A stretch of DNA of 64,000 nt from Chrysomallon squamiferum (Eukaryota > Animalia > Mollusca): the NCBI GenBank assembly GCA_012295275.1, contig CM022676.1, forward strand, positions 9,982,001 to 10,046,000. Direction: 5' to 3'. Each line of letters starts with the position of its first letter. Positions within the stretch are counted from its first letter, which is position 1. Of the stretch, positions 1 to 13,829 are shown piece after piece. The notes beneath the pieces are model-generated. The model saw only the letters and a program-made list of their open reading frames with translations. It ran no database searches and was not told the origin of the DNA. The position numbers and the translations under genes are program-made.

Positions 1-230
1 AACTAACCGTGGGATAGTTGTATACTTTTAGAACTTATGGAACTGTGTAAATATGCTAATCATTAGATAAATTTTAGGTTATGAGTATTTTATATAAAAT
101 TAAATACAACAATCCTTGCCTGGGGAGGGAAGAAGAAAAAAGATAGAAAAAGAAAACTGTCTATTTATATATATTTGCATTACCATTTCAGCTATGATTG
201 GTTTTTGTGCAATGTTGGAAAAAATACAGT

Positions 231-295
231 ATGGTTACAGCATTTGTTGAAGGTTGGGATTTTGTACAGACTCTTGGAGAAGGAGCTTATGGCGA
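231..295 (+). CDS. CHEK1: Chk1 coding exon 1 (start codon, Gly-rich loop)
   Basis: ATG at 231, [21 protein letters not shown](E), donor gtaagt at 296. Confidence 0.93.
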
Positions 296-918
296 GTAAG
301 TTAATCTATGTACTATTAAGCAATGTTATTAATGTTAAATCTATATATGTGAGGTACTGTGACAAAAGGACACATTTGAGACCCCAAGCAAACATTGAAA
401 TTTGCATATTTCCTAAAGCCATAGTCTATACACTTCTAAAAAATCAACTATGTGCAAATTGGACAAATTGAAGGTAAGACATTTTAAATATTTACTATTG
501 CAGATGCAGAGAATCAAGAAAAAGACAGTTGAAATTAGTCATAGGAGACAGTTCATTCACCTTAAAAAGTCCTTAGCAACGATGCATGTTTAAGCACCTC
601 ATGCCATCAAACTTTGGGAAAACAAGTCTTGGTAGTTTCACCAAGAATGAATTAATTTTATTTTATTTTTCTTAGTTCAAAGAGTAACAAATCTAACAAT
701 GTTCCCCTCACTGAATTACATTTTTACACTTTTTTATTTTATTTACATTATAGTTTGAACTTCACTGCTTTTTAAAATATTTAAAGTCATGTCATTTTAA
801 GGTGGTTAAAACAACAGTGGATCAGTTTCAAATGGCACAGCATAACTTTTATGTACCCATGTGCCTTGATTTTTTACTTTTATGTATTTTAAATAATTAG
901 TGGTACAAATAAAAAATA

Positions 919-954
<36 letters not shown>

Positions 955-3900
955 TAGTTAAAAGTACTACTAGCATTGGGTGTTTAATCATAATCTTCTG
1001 TAATACAGTCAGCTAATCATTAGAGCCATTTCCAGAAAGGTGTTGCAGGTACTAATTAGAGGCAATTAAAGGAACAGGTTTAATAAATGGGATATTTGAA
1101 AAAGAAACAAAAGGTTTCTTAGCTTTGTTCTTTGATTTGACTCTAAACAAAAGTTAGCAACTTGAGTATTGTTGAAAGTTTCCCTAATGGACCTAATTGA
1201 CACTTCAAGCAAAAGTAAACAAAGTTTTAAAACATGTTTTAAAAAGTGATTTGAGCAATACTGTGGACAGTTGGACTCAGAGAATATACTCTATGTTTGT
1301 TCTGTATAGACTGTTATCTTTATGATACTAAAATCAAGTTAAATTCACAATTTATTGTGCGAATTTTGCAAAAATTATGACCGCTTATGTCTTAAGATCG
1401 GAACAGATATTAATCTGCAAAGTCTTTAGTGCGCAGACTGGCCAATCGGTGTACTCCTCTCAGTCTGATCATAACAACTAAACTGCATTGTTTACATGCA
1501 AATCATTGCAGTGACCTACTGATAATTAACCAGAACTGCAACATAGTTCACTTTAATATGAGATATCCTATCAGATAAAATTTCGACGTCACAGCTATTC
1601 TTCTGGTGTATGACATGTAGTGTTTATCCATGCTCAGTACAATGAAAACAGTAGGAAAATCAGCAAATTTGCAATTGTTTTAACTTAATCAGGCAAGTAT
1701 TATGAATGTATGCTTCAAACAAATGTGGAAACAACTGTTTTCTATTATGGTTTATTAAATCTTTGGGTGAAAGCTGAATATTTATTTGAGGGTTTTATGG
1801 ACAAATTTCAAAATCACTAAAATCTGACCTAATACATTGTAAGACAATCATCTTGTTATTGGCCCATGCATTAAGCATCTCTTTTGCCAGAGTATCTCAC
1901 ATATAATCTGTTCATACATTTGCCTTTTGTTAATTAATTTTGATTCTTATAGAAAGGTGCATCTGAAAGATCTTTACTTCTAATCAGTCAGACTTGTCCA
2001 TAAAAATAATGATAGAAAGCTTTCTTTTGCACTTGGAATCAAACATGATGTCTTATATCTCATCACAAAAATGAATTTTAATGAGTGTATATTAAAAAAT
2101 ATTTATTATTTCAGGGTTAAATTAGCTGTAAATAGTGAAACCCAAGAGGCTGTTGCTGTTAAAATAATAAATCTTGATAGGGCCCAAACAGCTGAGGATA
2201 GTATCAGGAAAGAAGTATGACTATAATATATAATTTGATAAAATTTAAAAGTCTTCAAAAGAAGTAAATTTTTAGTATGAGTTGACACTTTTACATCATT
2301 ATTTAAACTGTATCATTCAGCTAAAAACCTTAAATATGTATCACTTTTGCAATTGGAAACATTTAAAGAACTACATTCAACAAGTTTAATACCATATTTA
2401 CAGTAATTTTAAATACAATAATAACCAGATAAAGGAATTTATATTTTCCAAATAATTTAGTATCTAAAATGCTATAAAAACTGTCTAAGTGGTCCAGTAA
2501 ATTAGGTTTGGTAATTGTTAAAACAAAATTAATGCACATTAGGAAATGGTTGCTTTAAAAATATTTGTTATATATAATTATTGTTTCCTGTGGTAATTTG
2601 TTTTTCTTCAGTGTTCTAGAAAAATAAAGAAATGTAACTTATTTTCAGGTTTGTGTTCATCGGATGCTTACACATGAACATATTATAAAGTTTTATGGAT
2701 TTCGTAAAGATGGAAAAGTGCAGTATTTGTTTCTGGAATATGCTACTGGTGGTGAACTCTTTGACAGAATAGGTTGGTATTCCATTTTTATGCTCAATTT
2801 ATTTAGTAAATTTGGAATATTAAGTTCAGATATTATTATTATTATTTTAAAATAGATTTTTCAGAAATCACACTGATCAGATTAACAAATGTAATTTTGT
2901 ATGATATAAACCGCAAACTTTTAAAAGTTAAATAACACATTTGACTTAATACAGTATTTTATTTCTTATTTCTCAGAACCTGATGTTGGCATGGCACAAA
3001 TAGATGCCCAGAAATACTTCAAACAACTTATATCTGGAGTTGTAAGTCAGATTTTTCTTAATTTATTCTATTATTTATTTTTTATTTTTTCTTTATTTAT
3101 TATTTTTTCTAATGATTTCAGGTTTGTTACTGATGTTCTTGTTTATATTTTATACTTAGAATGATGCAGAATCATAAATTAGAAAAAATAACTAATTTAG
3201 GTTTTCTTAAACATTTGTAGACTTGATATTTTCTGAAACTGACATTTAAATATATAAACAAGAATACTTTTGAAATGTTTTGTTTTGTTGCTAAGATGCT
3301 ACCCAAAAAGTTGCAAAGAATTTGTAATTACAAATGATTATAAATTGTTCTTTTTTCTCTCAGGATTACCTTCATTCAAAGGGAGTGACACATCGAGACT
3401 TGAAACCTGAAAATCTTCTCCTTGATGATAATGGTAATTCATTCTTAAGTACATTAGCTGATATAAATAAACAAACTTAAAACAGGGTGCAGAAATTTAA
3501 ATTCTACATGGTTACACAAGAAATATCAGTGTAGTCCTTTTTAAATTATATATTTATGATTTTTATATATTAGCAATAATGTGTATAAAATAAGGATTAT
3601 GTCTGAAATAATTTAATTAATACAGTTATGAAGACTTTCTTTATTATTTAAAACAACTTAAGATTTCAAACAAGCTTTTTTTCATGGTTTGCAAAAAGTC
3701 CTGAATAAAACGTGGTCAATATGAATTGTAATATAACTTCTATTTTTTTTGTAATAACGTTTAAGTAACTAAAAGTTGGTTTATGTTTCATTACCAATAA
3801 TTAAACTGAAAGGAATAATTAGTAAACTGAAGAAAAGCAAATGATGTATTGGGCAAAATGCACAATATCCAAAACAGATATATCTGAATAGGTAAAAACA

Positions 3901-6900
3901 ATTACAGTAACTTTTGATTTCTTCTGCCCCCACCCAAAGCGAAATGATTACAGTTATATCATTATACTCATATTAAAAAAAACTACTGTTGATCTGCATC
4001 CGTTTCTGTATGAAAACCACTCCCAAAATGACATTTTCTTAGTTAACCATGTCAAAATTCATTGTTGATTTTATTGGGATAACCTGTGCACGACAGTGTT
4101 TGAGTAGCAATGCAGCTGTACTGAATGTGAACGAATATGACTCGGTGACAAACACTGTTGATGTAGTGAAAGGCATTTGAATTTCAACAATGATCAAGAT
4201 ATCGTTCAGAATATCACAAATAGAAAATGGGTGTTTTGCTAGTCACTCATACAAACAAAATGGTCATACATGCAGTTTGTTCATCCCTGGCTTAAAAATA
4301 TTTTGCCTGTTTCCGTGGGATTATTTTTAATTGTTACAGGATACTAATTTATGAAAATATTAGAATAGTGAATCGTTAAAAAAAAGTATTTATCTCCTGG
4401 AATATTTCTTCACATTTCTCAAGTATTCAAAATGTATTTAGGCTGTTTGCTCAGACATATAATTGAAAGGGTGATATTCTTGATAGTTATTTCTTTACAA
4501 GTGTGCATTTTATATTTTATAGGAACATTTACTTCATTAGTTTACCAATGCAAAAGATGTTTTGTCTTTTGATTTAAGAAGAAATTGATGAAATTAATGA
4601 TGGTTTTGTCTTTATTTAACTAGAAATAAATATTTTACTATATATTAATTTTTTATTTTATATATTAAAAAAAAAAAATGTAATCAATTCTATCACGACT
4701 ATATCAAATATTTTCTGCATTTTGTTTTTCAGATAATTTAAAAATCTCAGATTTTGGTTTAGCCACAGTGTTTCGTCATCAGGGAAAAGAACGACTGTTA
4801 GAAAAATGCTGTGGAACTGTTCCATATGTAGCCCCTGAGGTGCTGAGCAGACGACCATACCATGCAGCACCAGCTGACATCTGGTCATGTGGGGTAATTC
4901 TGGTGGCACTTCTAGCAGGTGGTGAGTGAATCTTTTGGTTACATATTTTATTTTAATTATCAGTTACATCCACTATTAATTACAGCTTAAACCCAACACT
5001 AGTATTTATGCAATCACATTATTTCACAAAATATGCAAAATCGATTGTTTTTAGCATCTTTTAATTCTGCTCATAAGCAACCTGTAACATTATGAATTGC
5101 ATGGAAATACAGATGAAGATTTATACCAGAATCATGAGTGATTCAGCAAATTCATACTCAGCATTTGAAAAACATGACAACTTTAAAAGAGGCTGGCAGT
5201 GCACATGTTTTTGAGTGTTTTTTGGTGTGTGGAAGTGGAATATGCTACATGGCTGATTTTAGCACCGCTGGAAAGGTATTAATAAGCTTTCTAATGATAT
5301 ATGGCAAGACAGAAATAAAATAAAAATAACCATGTTTTTCTTGAAAAATCTGCTTCAAATTTATATAGGATATGTTGCAATAATTTACCCAACATTTCTG
5401 ATATCATTTGAAAGCTTTTTTTTTTTTTCTGAATTTCCTTTTGAATGGTATTTTAAAGTAAGCGTAATGTTCACTGAGGCATAGGCATTTTCCAATATAA
5501 CAACTGCTACCACTGACTGATTGATGATTTTTCTGTTTCAAATGGTGTCACATGCACAGTAAACTTCATCAGCAAATTGGACCTCATTTCTTGATCAAAT
5601 TCGGCACCATCTCAGTAGGCCAGTTATTACAACCATTAATTAATATTTCTTATACACTTTTCAAGAATTCATTTGAATTTTTATCTAATCATTATTTTGT
5701 ATATATTCTGCTCTGAACTTAGCAAATCTACTGGTGGTTCACTTAAAAAGAAATAAGTTTCATTCACTTTTTACTGCTGAAATGGACTGATATTAAGAAT
5801 GATGGTCTTATACTATATTTTAAAATAATTGAACTTCAGGGTGGTTTCTGGTGAACTCGCCACAGGGTAGATTGAGGAATTTAACTATGATCAATACTTG
5901 AAAATCAGCCTGTAACTCCCCCTTGCTTCACTTTCAGTATTAATCAATGAAACACATTTATTTTGTTTTAATTCAAATGATCTAAGTCTACAAAAGAATG
6001 TCAACAAAAATATTTGGATATATTTATTATTACATCCAGCAGCCAAACATAGTTTTGAAATGACAGTCTGTAAAGTACATTATCAAAATACAGATAAAAA
6101 TGACATATACTATATATATATCTGATTCACTGTCTGATAATCACATGATTTGGATCTTAAATTGTTATACTGTTAATTCTGTGTAAGCAGTCTTCTGGTT
6201 TAATACTACAGTTGCATGCTACTTTATAAATTATCATGTAAATGCCAAGTACAAACTCAGCTCAGAACTACTGATCATGTCTGATGTAAAAGCAAATAAT
6301 AGAACAATTTATTCTCTTTTTCACTCAAAATGTAAAGTGAATCAATATAAAAATGACAAAATTTGACATAAAAATAGTTTTTGAGTTTTTAACTTGACCA
6401 TTTACAAAAATTATTTAGGTTTCTATTCATACAAGTTAAAAAGCCCAAATAAATTTAATTATGTCAACAAAAAAATAAATGCATTTTGTGTGGTGCCTGT
6501 CTTGAAACTTTCATGAAATTTGACATTCTTTCATGAAACCCCATTTTAACAGAGCATTATGGGAACAATGTTCTAAAAATAGATACAAACTCAATTCAGA
6601 TAGTGTTGCCCATGAATTGATCATATGATATCACATGACTTGTTGCTGCATTCTGATCAACTCTATTTCTGTTCACTGATTTTGACACATCCCCCATGCA
6701 TATTGTCTGAGATTTAAATTTTCAAAATCTTGGAGACTTAACTTGGAAAGAAAAACCAAACCAAAAAATAAATTAGTAAAGCAGAAGCTATCTTGCAAAC
6801 AAGAGTTATTATCTGTATGGGAAAAACTGCTGAAAACACAAGAGACAAGCAAAGTCATTGAAGAAATGGAATCAAAGACTACTGGAGATTGGCAAGCACC

Positions 6901-8844
6901 AGGACATTCCCCTTCTACTTTCAAAAGAAAACTGGAACATGTTTTGGAAATCAAATGAAGATCCAGATCATCGTCTATTTGTTACTGATGACAGCTGTCT
7001 TTTTCTGCATCTGACATATCTGAAAAAACTTTTCAGATTCCTCATATAATGAATCATTAACTGTCGTTGTATGTGATCAATTGAAAGGCCCTGTTGTAAA
7101 ATTGCAGACAGTTTGGGTCACTTGTGAAAAGTTACACAGTGAGACATTGTCATCAAAACATCTAAGTGGCCAGTGAAGCAGGCTTCCTTTCACCACTATC
7201 AAACCAAGAACCATATGATCACTGTCCAAAAGGTCTTCCAGTGGGTGTTTTTAATCAGTGAGCTGTGGCTGAACATCCGGACAAACATGCTGAAAATGTG
7301 AGAACACCACTGTCAAAGGCAGTTGTGCAATTTGTTACGCCAATCTACATTCAACCTGGTGATAAAGATCTTACGTTGCTGTCTGAAGGTGAAAACCAAA
7401 AGACAGAAGATTTAAGAGTGGACAGTGGGGGTTGCAGTGGCAGTGAGTGAATTCAATGAGGGGTGTTAACAACACAGCAGCAGCAATGGGTTTACAAATG
7501 TGGGTGGTGCTGCTATGAAGCTAACCCATACAAAGGATTCTGAATGAAACCACATGATGATGACGATGATGGAAAGACAGTCTGCTGTAATCCAAAAAAG
7601 TCTGGGAAATTTGAAAAGGATTCAGCAACAGGAAATGCTTGCTGCAGCTGGAGAATTTTAAATGTGAATATATGATAATAACTTTCAAGTGACAAATGTG
7701 AACTAACTATTGTTGGACTGCACATAATATAACAGTAATGTGTATTAATTTTTTTTTTTTTTTTTTTTTTTATTAAATGTTAAAGGTTTTTTTAAAAAGG
7801 AAATACATACACACAGTTATCATAATAATTATACATAATATGGAAATAAGTGGAAATATAGTTATAAAACATCTGCTATTTTCTCACATTTAATTTTTTG
7901 TGTTGCATGAAAACTATTTGCACTAGAGAACCCAGATTTGGAATATATATTTTTAGAAACAAATACTACAAAATGACAGAAAGAATATCTTTAAAAAAAT
8001 TAACTATTCTTTTGATATATCCTTTATAATATGTCTACTATGACAAAACAGGAGTGAAAAGGGTAAAAATAAAAAAATAAAATTGTTTGAAACATTAAAA
8101 AAGGCTAATTTCTTTCTGTTATGTTGTAGAAATAAGTCTGCAATGAATCTCTGCAGTTTGACTAATATAAATATATAGGTTTGGGTGGAGAGGTTTGTGA
8201 AATTGGGTACTATAACATTTTAAAAAGCCAAAAATAAAAGTAACTATCTGTCATAAAAATAAATAAATTAGTACTAGTTTTTTATGGTAACAAATGGGGA
8301 TTATTTCCACCAAGTTTCAATTCTAACGCATAAGAAAATAATGATTTTTGGATTCTTGCCACACATGTCCCATTAAGTTATGGCATTTATGTGTTTTACT
8401 GTGTGGTGATTATCTCTTTATGTCTGCACAAATCATTTTGATATTTTCCTCATGTTTGCAGAACTATATCATTAGGCAGAATACAAAAAAATTATAATCT
8501 GCTCTCTAGATGGTATTTTCAGGCTTTTAAATCTGACAACATTGATCGTCAGAAACGGAATGAAACACTTTTATCATTTTAACTTTGAAGTATTTATTTT
8601 ATTTTCATGAGTTGACACTGAAAATGTACAATATTTTTCAGAGTTACCTTGGGATGAACCAACATATGGCTGTCAAGAATACTGTGATTGGAAAGATTGT
8701 AAAATAACACTTACTCCTTGGAAGAAAATCGATAATCTGGCATTGTGTACGTATAGGTTTTCTATCTAAAATCATAATTCAATAGACATAAATTATCATT
8801 AAATATTAATTTATTATATAGAAAATGGATTATTTGAAGAAGAT

Positions 8845-8881
<37 letters not shown>

Positions 8882-11800
8882 GGTTGAGTGAATGAATGGA
8901 ATGTTTATATGTGCGCATATATATGCATGCATCCTTATTCCTGTATTTATAATATTTATAATATGTATGTAGTGCCATTGCCTAATTATTAGTTGTATAC
9001 ACAAATATCATTAATAATTGAAAGTGAAAAGCAATGATTGTTATTGTTGATAGTATTGATCTGCACCATCTTGTAAATAAATATATATTCAATTTTATTA
9101 ACAGCTCTTTTAAGAAAGATGTTAATGGAGAATTGTACCAAGCGTTCAACCATTGACCAGATTAAAAAACATCAGTGGTTTAACAAGAGCTTCCTTAAAC
9201 GAAGAAGTAATCATTTATTTTCATTTGTTCTTTAAGCAGACAAAAATGTGCAGAATTCACATTATTAATATAAATTGTAAAAAAGAAGAAAGAATTTTAC
9301 AACAGAAGAATAAAAAGGCAGTTTAAAATAAGTCAGTATTAAGTAGTATTAAGATTAATCATCTTTATTTATTTACCTTGTTTTCATAAATCATTATCAT
9401 TTTACTCAAAAAACTTAAGAATATCTTGAAAAAACTAAAACAATGATTTACTGTAAATGGTGAAATAGGATAAAAACAAATAAAGAACAATAGATTTGTA
9501 ACAGATATTATTTTAAAACAGGTTTTGGTCGATTTCCTTCAAGTTCTCCAACTGATTCTCCGACAGGGACTGGACCTTTTAAAAGACATTGCTCAAGATA
9601 TGAGTCGAGTCCTGGGTCATCTCCAGGGTAAATATTTTCAACTTTGGTTTGTAAATTTCACATGTGTTCTTTTAATTTCTTAATTTTTTTTATTACAGCT
9701 AAGAAAGGAATGCTAATATATAGTTTAATTTATTTTCAAATTTATCATATTCTTGAATATGTAATATTACAGTTATATCAGTGTTTTTTTTTTTTTTTTC
9801 ATTCCTGTCATGTTCTTGAACTTTCAGAGAAGTGAATGCATTCAAATTACCAGTTAATTATATCAAGTATTAAAATACTGAAAAGTAAATTTGAACTATT
9901 TATCACATTATTTGTGACACTGCCTGTCAAAATCAATAATAAAAAGAAAATTTTCTGAAAATGTTTGTTAAAAAATCAATAATGGTAGTACTACAGACAG
10001 TTATATTCTGAAAAAATAAACAAACAACAGTCATAACTATTTAGGTTTTAGATATCCTGTTCTTTATAATTTAATTTAGAAAAAGTAGTCAAATAAACTA
10101 GTAAAATTCAAACATTAATTTGATATTGACTTCTTTTAATTATCTTTCATTTATTATTTTATTTTGTTTCATTTTATTTTATCTTTTCTTTTTTTTTAGC
10201 ACTGTGTCTTGTTCTCAACCTGAACCTCGAAATCGGACAGACAAACAGCTGGAACCTTCATCTCCAGTTTCTGAAGAACTTGGTCAGCTGCTCAGTTTCT
10301 CACAACCTGTCAGAGCAGATACGATGTTGTTATGCAGCCAGCTGCAGGGAACTCCAGGAAGTTCTCAGGTAAATATTTAAACAGTTTGCAAGGAAGTTTG
10401 CTGCAAAAAAGTTATGTTTATTAAAAAAAAGGGGGGTGGATGCAATAGTGGATAAATTTTTTATTTTGTGCTGAGTTTATTAAACAGTGAAATACTTATT
10501 TTATTTTTAATTTCAGACTCCATTGCAGAAGTTGGTTCGTAGAATGACACGTTTCTTTGTTACTACTGATCGAGATCAGACAATAAAAGAAATGAACAAA
10601 GTCTTTGACTCTCTGGGCTACAGATTTAAGAAGAACTCGCCAAACATGGTAATGTTATTTTCAGCCTTTCTTGTAATTTGCAAATTGGGACAGTTGATTG
10701 TAATTTGATACAGCAGAACTCTAAACCAAGCAGATATGGTAATAGAATCAGAATACTAAATAATCTACCTACTGCAGGAACTATTTTTAAAACTAACATT
10801 ATGTACAGTTTTAGCTTTAGAAATTAAGTTATATCAAAGCAGATGATGAAAATGAAGGATAAAGAATATGGTGAGTGACACCTGAATTCATCAATTTGCA
10901 ACCAAATATTCTCTTTTCAAAGATTTGTCAACCATATCTGTTCCTTAAGAGATATCAAACTATCAGTTAAAGAGTAATATTAATTTATATCAATGTTTCA
11001 TTATGCACTTTTTGTTAAGCTGTTCTGCTTTTTCAGTGTCATTATTATATTTTAATTACTTGAAAGAAATGGTTGGGATTGATAAAATGTAAGAAATTCC
11101 CTAAGAAGGTCTGTATAACAAATATAGTTAGCCTTTAATATATATTATCAGTAATGAAATATTTGAATTACTTTATCATTTTAATAACAAACTCTGATCT
11201 AAATTAATTTACAGTTAAAGCTTTCTTATAATGACTATTTTCCTGTATATTGATATTCATCAATTACTTTTAATTCTCAGCTGACGATGTCTACCATGGA
11301 CAAAAGAAACATGCCACTTGTGTTTAAAGCTACTTTGATGGAGATGGGAGATCATCTGCTTGTTGACTTCAGATTATCAAAGGTCAGTGAAGAAATATGA
11401 TAAAGAGCAATATAAAACACATTAACCATTTCACTATTGAAGTGGGCTTCAGCATGTGAAAAAACAAATATTTTAACTGTTGTAAAAGTAAAAAATACCT
11501 AAACATTATACTGGATTTTTAAAGCAGTTGTTGGTGGCATGGAAGTAAGAATAATTTCCCTTAAACCAGACTGATGATTAAATGTACTGAAATGAGTTTA
11601 AAAAAAGAAGAAGGATAAAAACAAGAGAAGTTTGAAATTTAATTGCTAAAATAGTCATTACAGTATGGAAATAAAAATCAGTTCTCTTATAGCAATCACC
11701 AAGTTATTCGCAAGGTTAAAGTTTGGAGAAAAATATACATGTTTTACAGTTATTAACTTGAAGTGTTAATTTGTCACACTCTTTGGTCCAAATAAATGAT

Positions 11801-12205
11801 CTGCTACAAATCTTTCTGAATAACTACTTGATTAAACAGAAAGGAATCCAGTAACTAAATATATGAGATGGTGCTTTTAACTTGAAAATAGCTCATCAAA
11901 CATTAGTTAGTTTATCAAATATCTTTGATATTGTCTTATGTATTACCATTACCTCAAAAAGTGCTGCTATGATTCATTTAGAATTGATAAGCCTATGTTT
12001 CAGTATTTTTACAATGTCAAGAAAATTTCACATTTGTCAGAAGTCATATAAAACTACCAGTTAAGAATTTATAATTACTAATAGTTTTTGTTCTTAATAG
12101 GGAGATGGTTTGGAGTTTAAACGCCGATTCATCAAGATCAAAGAAGGAATGAAGACTGTTGTCAGTAAAGTTCCACCAATGTGGCCGTTGTTGCCACCTC
12201 GTTGA
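231..12205 (+). CDS. CHEK1: Serine/threonine checkpoint kinase Chk1, complete spliced CDS (13 exons, 1434 nt, 477 aa)
   Basis: Exons assembled by hand with GT-AG boundaries: 231-295, 2115-2214, 2649-2772, 2977-3041, 3364-3433, 4733-4921, 8642-8746, 9105-9206, 9522-9627, 10200-10368, 10517-10648, 11281-11382, 12101-12205; one open frame. Motifs: [80 protein letters not shown] cluster (CSQP, SFSQP, GTPGSSQ), C-terminal KA1 region ([26 protein letters not shown]). Confidence 0.97.
2115..2214 (+). CDS. CHEK1: Chk1 coding exon 2
   Basis: tttcag acceptor; [33 protein letters not shown]; donor gtatga. Confidence 0.93.
2649..2772 (+). CDS. CHEK1: Chk1 coding exon 3
   Basis: [41 protein letters not shown]; donor gttggt. 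Confidence 0.94.
2977..3041 (+). CDS. CHEK1: Chk1 coding exon 4
   Basis: (E)[21 protein letters not shown]; donor gtaagt. Confidence 0.93.
3364..3433 (+). CDS. CHEK1: Chk1 coding exon 5 (catalytic loop)
   Basis: [23 protein letters not shown]; donor gtaatt. Confidence 0.95.
3483..4289. mobile_element. Possible non-autonomous hAT-like element in Chk1 intron 5
   Basis: Termini CAGGG...CCCTG with imperfect short inverted repeats; flanked by acttaaaa (3475-3482) and gcttaaaa (4290-4297), a 7/8 match consistent with an 8-bp target-site duplication. Confidence 0.4.
4733..4921 (+). CDS. CHEK1: Chk1 coding exon 6 (DFG and activation loop)
   Basis: [62 protein letters not shown]; donor gtgagt. Confidence 0.95.
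6600..7730 (-). pseudogene. Decayed coding-like insert in Chk1 intron 6 (identity unknown)
   Basis: Locally higher GC and higher complexity than the rest of the intron, with several broken ORFs on both strands; no family recognised and the strand is uncertain. Confidence 0.25.
8642..8746 (+). CDS. CHEK1: Chk1 coding exon 7
   Basis: (E)[34 protein letters not shown]; donor gtacgt. Confidence 0.93.
9105..9206 (+). CDS. CHEK1: Chk1 coding exon 8
   Basis: (S)[33 protein letters not shown]; donor gtaatc. Confidence 0.9.
9522..9627 (+). CDS. CHEK1: Chk1 coding exon 9 (Ser/Pro-rich linker)
   Basis: (S)[34 protein letters not shown](G); phases fit both neighbouring exons. Confidence 0.82.
10200..10368 (+). 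CDS. CHEK1: Chk1 coding exon 10 (SQ cluster of ATR-type sites)
   Basis: TVSCSQPEP...LLSFSQPV...[13 protein letters not shown]; donor gtaaat. Confidence 0.92.
10517..10648 (+). CDS. CHEK1: Chk1 coding exon 11
   Basis: [44 protein letters not shown]; donor gtaatg. Confidence 0.92.
11281..11382 (+). CDS. CHEK1: Chk1 coding exon 12
   Basis: [34 protein letters not shown]; donor gtcagt. Confidence 0.92.
12101..12205 (+). CDS. CHEK1: Chk1 final coding exon 13
   Basis: [37 protein letters not shown] at 12203-12205. Confidence 0.92.
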   Translation, partial: GDGLEFKRRFIKIKEGMKTVVSKVPPMWPLLPPR

Positions 12206-13349
12206 TATTTGTCCAGTGAAATTCCTGATAATGTGACTCAGTGGTGTTCTCAACATTATATTGATGTGTGTTTAGTACTAGTTTGCTGTGTATGTGTATA
12301 GAAGTCTCTTAGTCTTATTAAGGTAACGCAAGATCTCAGGAACATTGTCTTCATTTGTTAATGCAGTTCATTTTTAGTAGTCCAGGTAACAGTTTTATCT
12401 CTAATTACAAATGACACTTTCTGTAAATAATTGTTTAAATCAGAATGGGGACAACTTCAGAAATATGTAAATGAGGAATCAGTTTTATTTCTCCCTAGAT
12501 GAGAAGATGTGCAGATTATTTATCAACTTCTTTTTTCAGATTTATGGTTTTTCTTTTTTCATCATTTCTTTTTATTCCAGTCTCAGAAATTATTGCATTT
12601 CTATAATTCATGATACATTCTAAACAAAATGTATGTATGAAATAAATTTTTCATATTCAAATTAAACTTCATAAAGATTAAATTTATTTATTTATTTATT
12701 AATGCACTGTTACCTACTTTTCACTCATAAAACCTTTGTAATATTGTTTGGATTTGTTTATATATTTATTGGTCTATGCCATAAAATAGTTCCATTTTTA
12801 TTTTGGTGATTTAATAAGTGATTTAGCAGTCCAGTGAAAATGGGTTACACCAAAACCCACTTAATTTTCAGAAGTGAGGGTGGCAGTGTTGAGTAAAAAG
12901 TATATGTATGCAGGTATTAAAGAGATCTAAAAAAAAGAAAAGAAATAAAAGAAAATCACAAAATTAAAACAAACAGGCATTTCACACCTACAGATTGCCA
13001 ATTTGTGATGTGTCCAGTAGATTGCAGTTGGCATACTGTAAATTTTTGCTAGTGGACAAACAGCACAGTTCACTCTAAATCACCATTTTTCATTATTAGA
13101 ATTACAAAATTATTTTGGTGACTAGCAGTGACTTCTGCAGTGACAAGAGAAAAAAGGTGCATCTTAGTGTTGGAAGTGATAAAACATCTTGAATCAAATG
13201 TCAGCATATGTTGTTATTATTTTACTGTATTACATAGCTGTTCTGTATCCTAAAGTTTAATGTTCAATACATTTTAGGATTAGTATTTACATTCGCAGTT
13301 TCCAACACATGGAAGGTCAACAGTTCAAACTTGAGCGGTTACGTTAAGC

Positions 13350-13740
13350 ACTATGAAAAAGCATTGTATTGGGAACAAGTATGTTTGTCATTGTGATGAA
13401 ATTACGTTGGTCCATTGACAGGACCAATCATTCAGTATATTGTACACCAACAGTAAATTGGTTATGCAAAATAACATTAAATGCTACGAAAAAGGATTGT
13501 ATTGGGAACCAGTATGTTTGTCATTGTGATGAAATTACGTTGGTCCATTGACAGGACCAATCGTTCAGTATATTGTACACCAACAGTAAATTGGTTATGC
13601 CAAATAACATTAAATGCTATGAAAAAGCATTGTATTGGGAACAAGTATGTTTGTCATTGTGATGAAATTATGTTGGTCCATTGACAGGACCAATCGTTCA
13701 GTATATTGTACACCAACAGTAAATTGGTTATGCAAAATAA
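13350..13740. repeat. 133-bp tandem repeat, about 3 copies
   Basis: g(c/g)attgtattggg recurs at 13361, 13494 and 13627 with near-identical intervening sequence. Confidence 0.92.
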
Positions 13741-13829
13741 AATGTCACAACTGATGCACAAACATCAGTATGAACCTACGGTGATTTTATCTTTGTGGAT
13801 AGAATGTGGCTTAATGTGAATCTACTAGA

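Noticed and set aside
175-471. 98-aa ORF at the window start
   Set aside because: Off-frame overlap with Chk1 exon 1 running into the intron, with a non-ATG start
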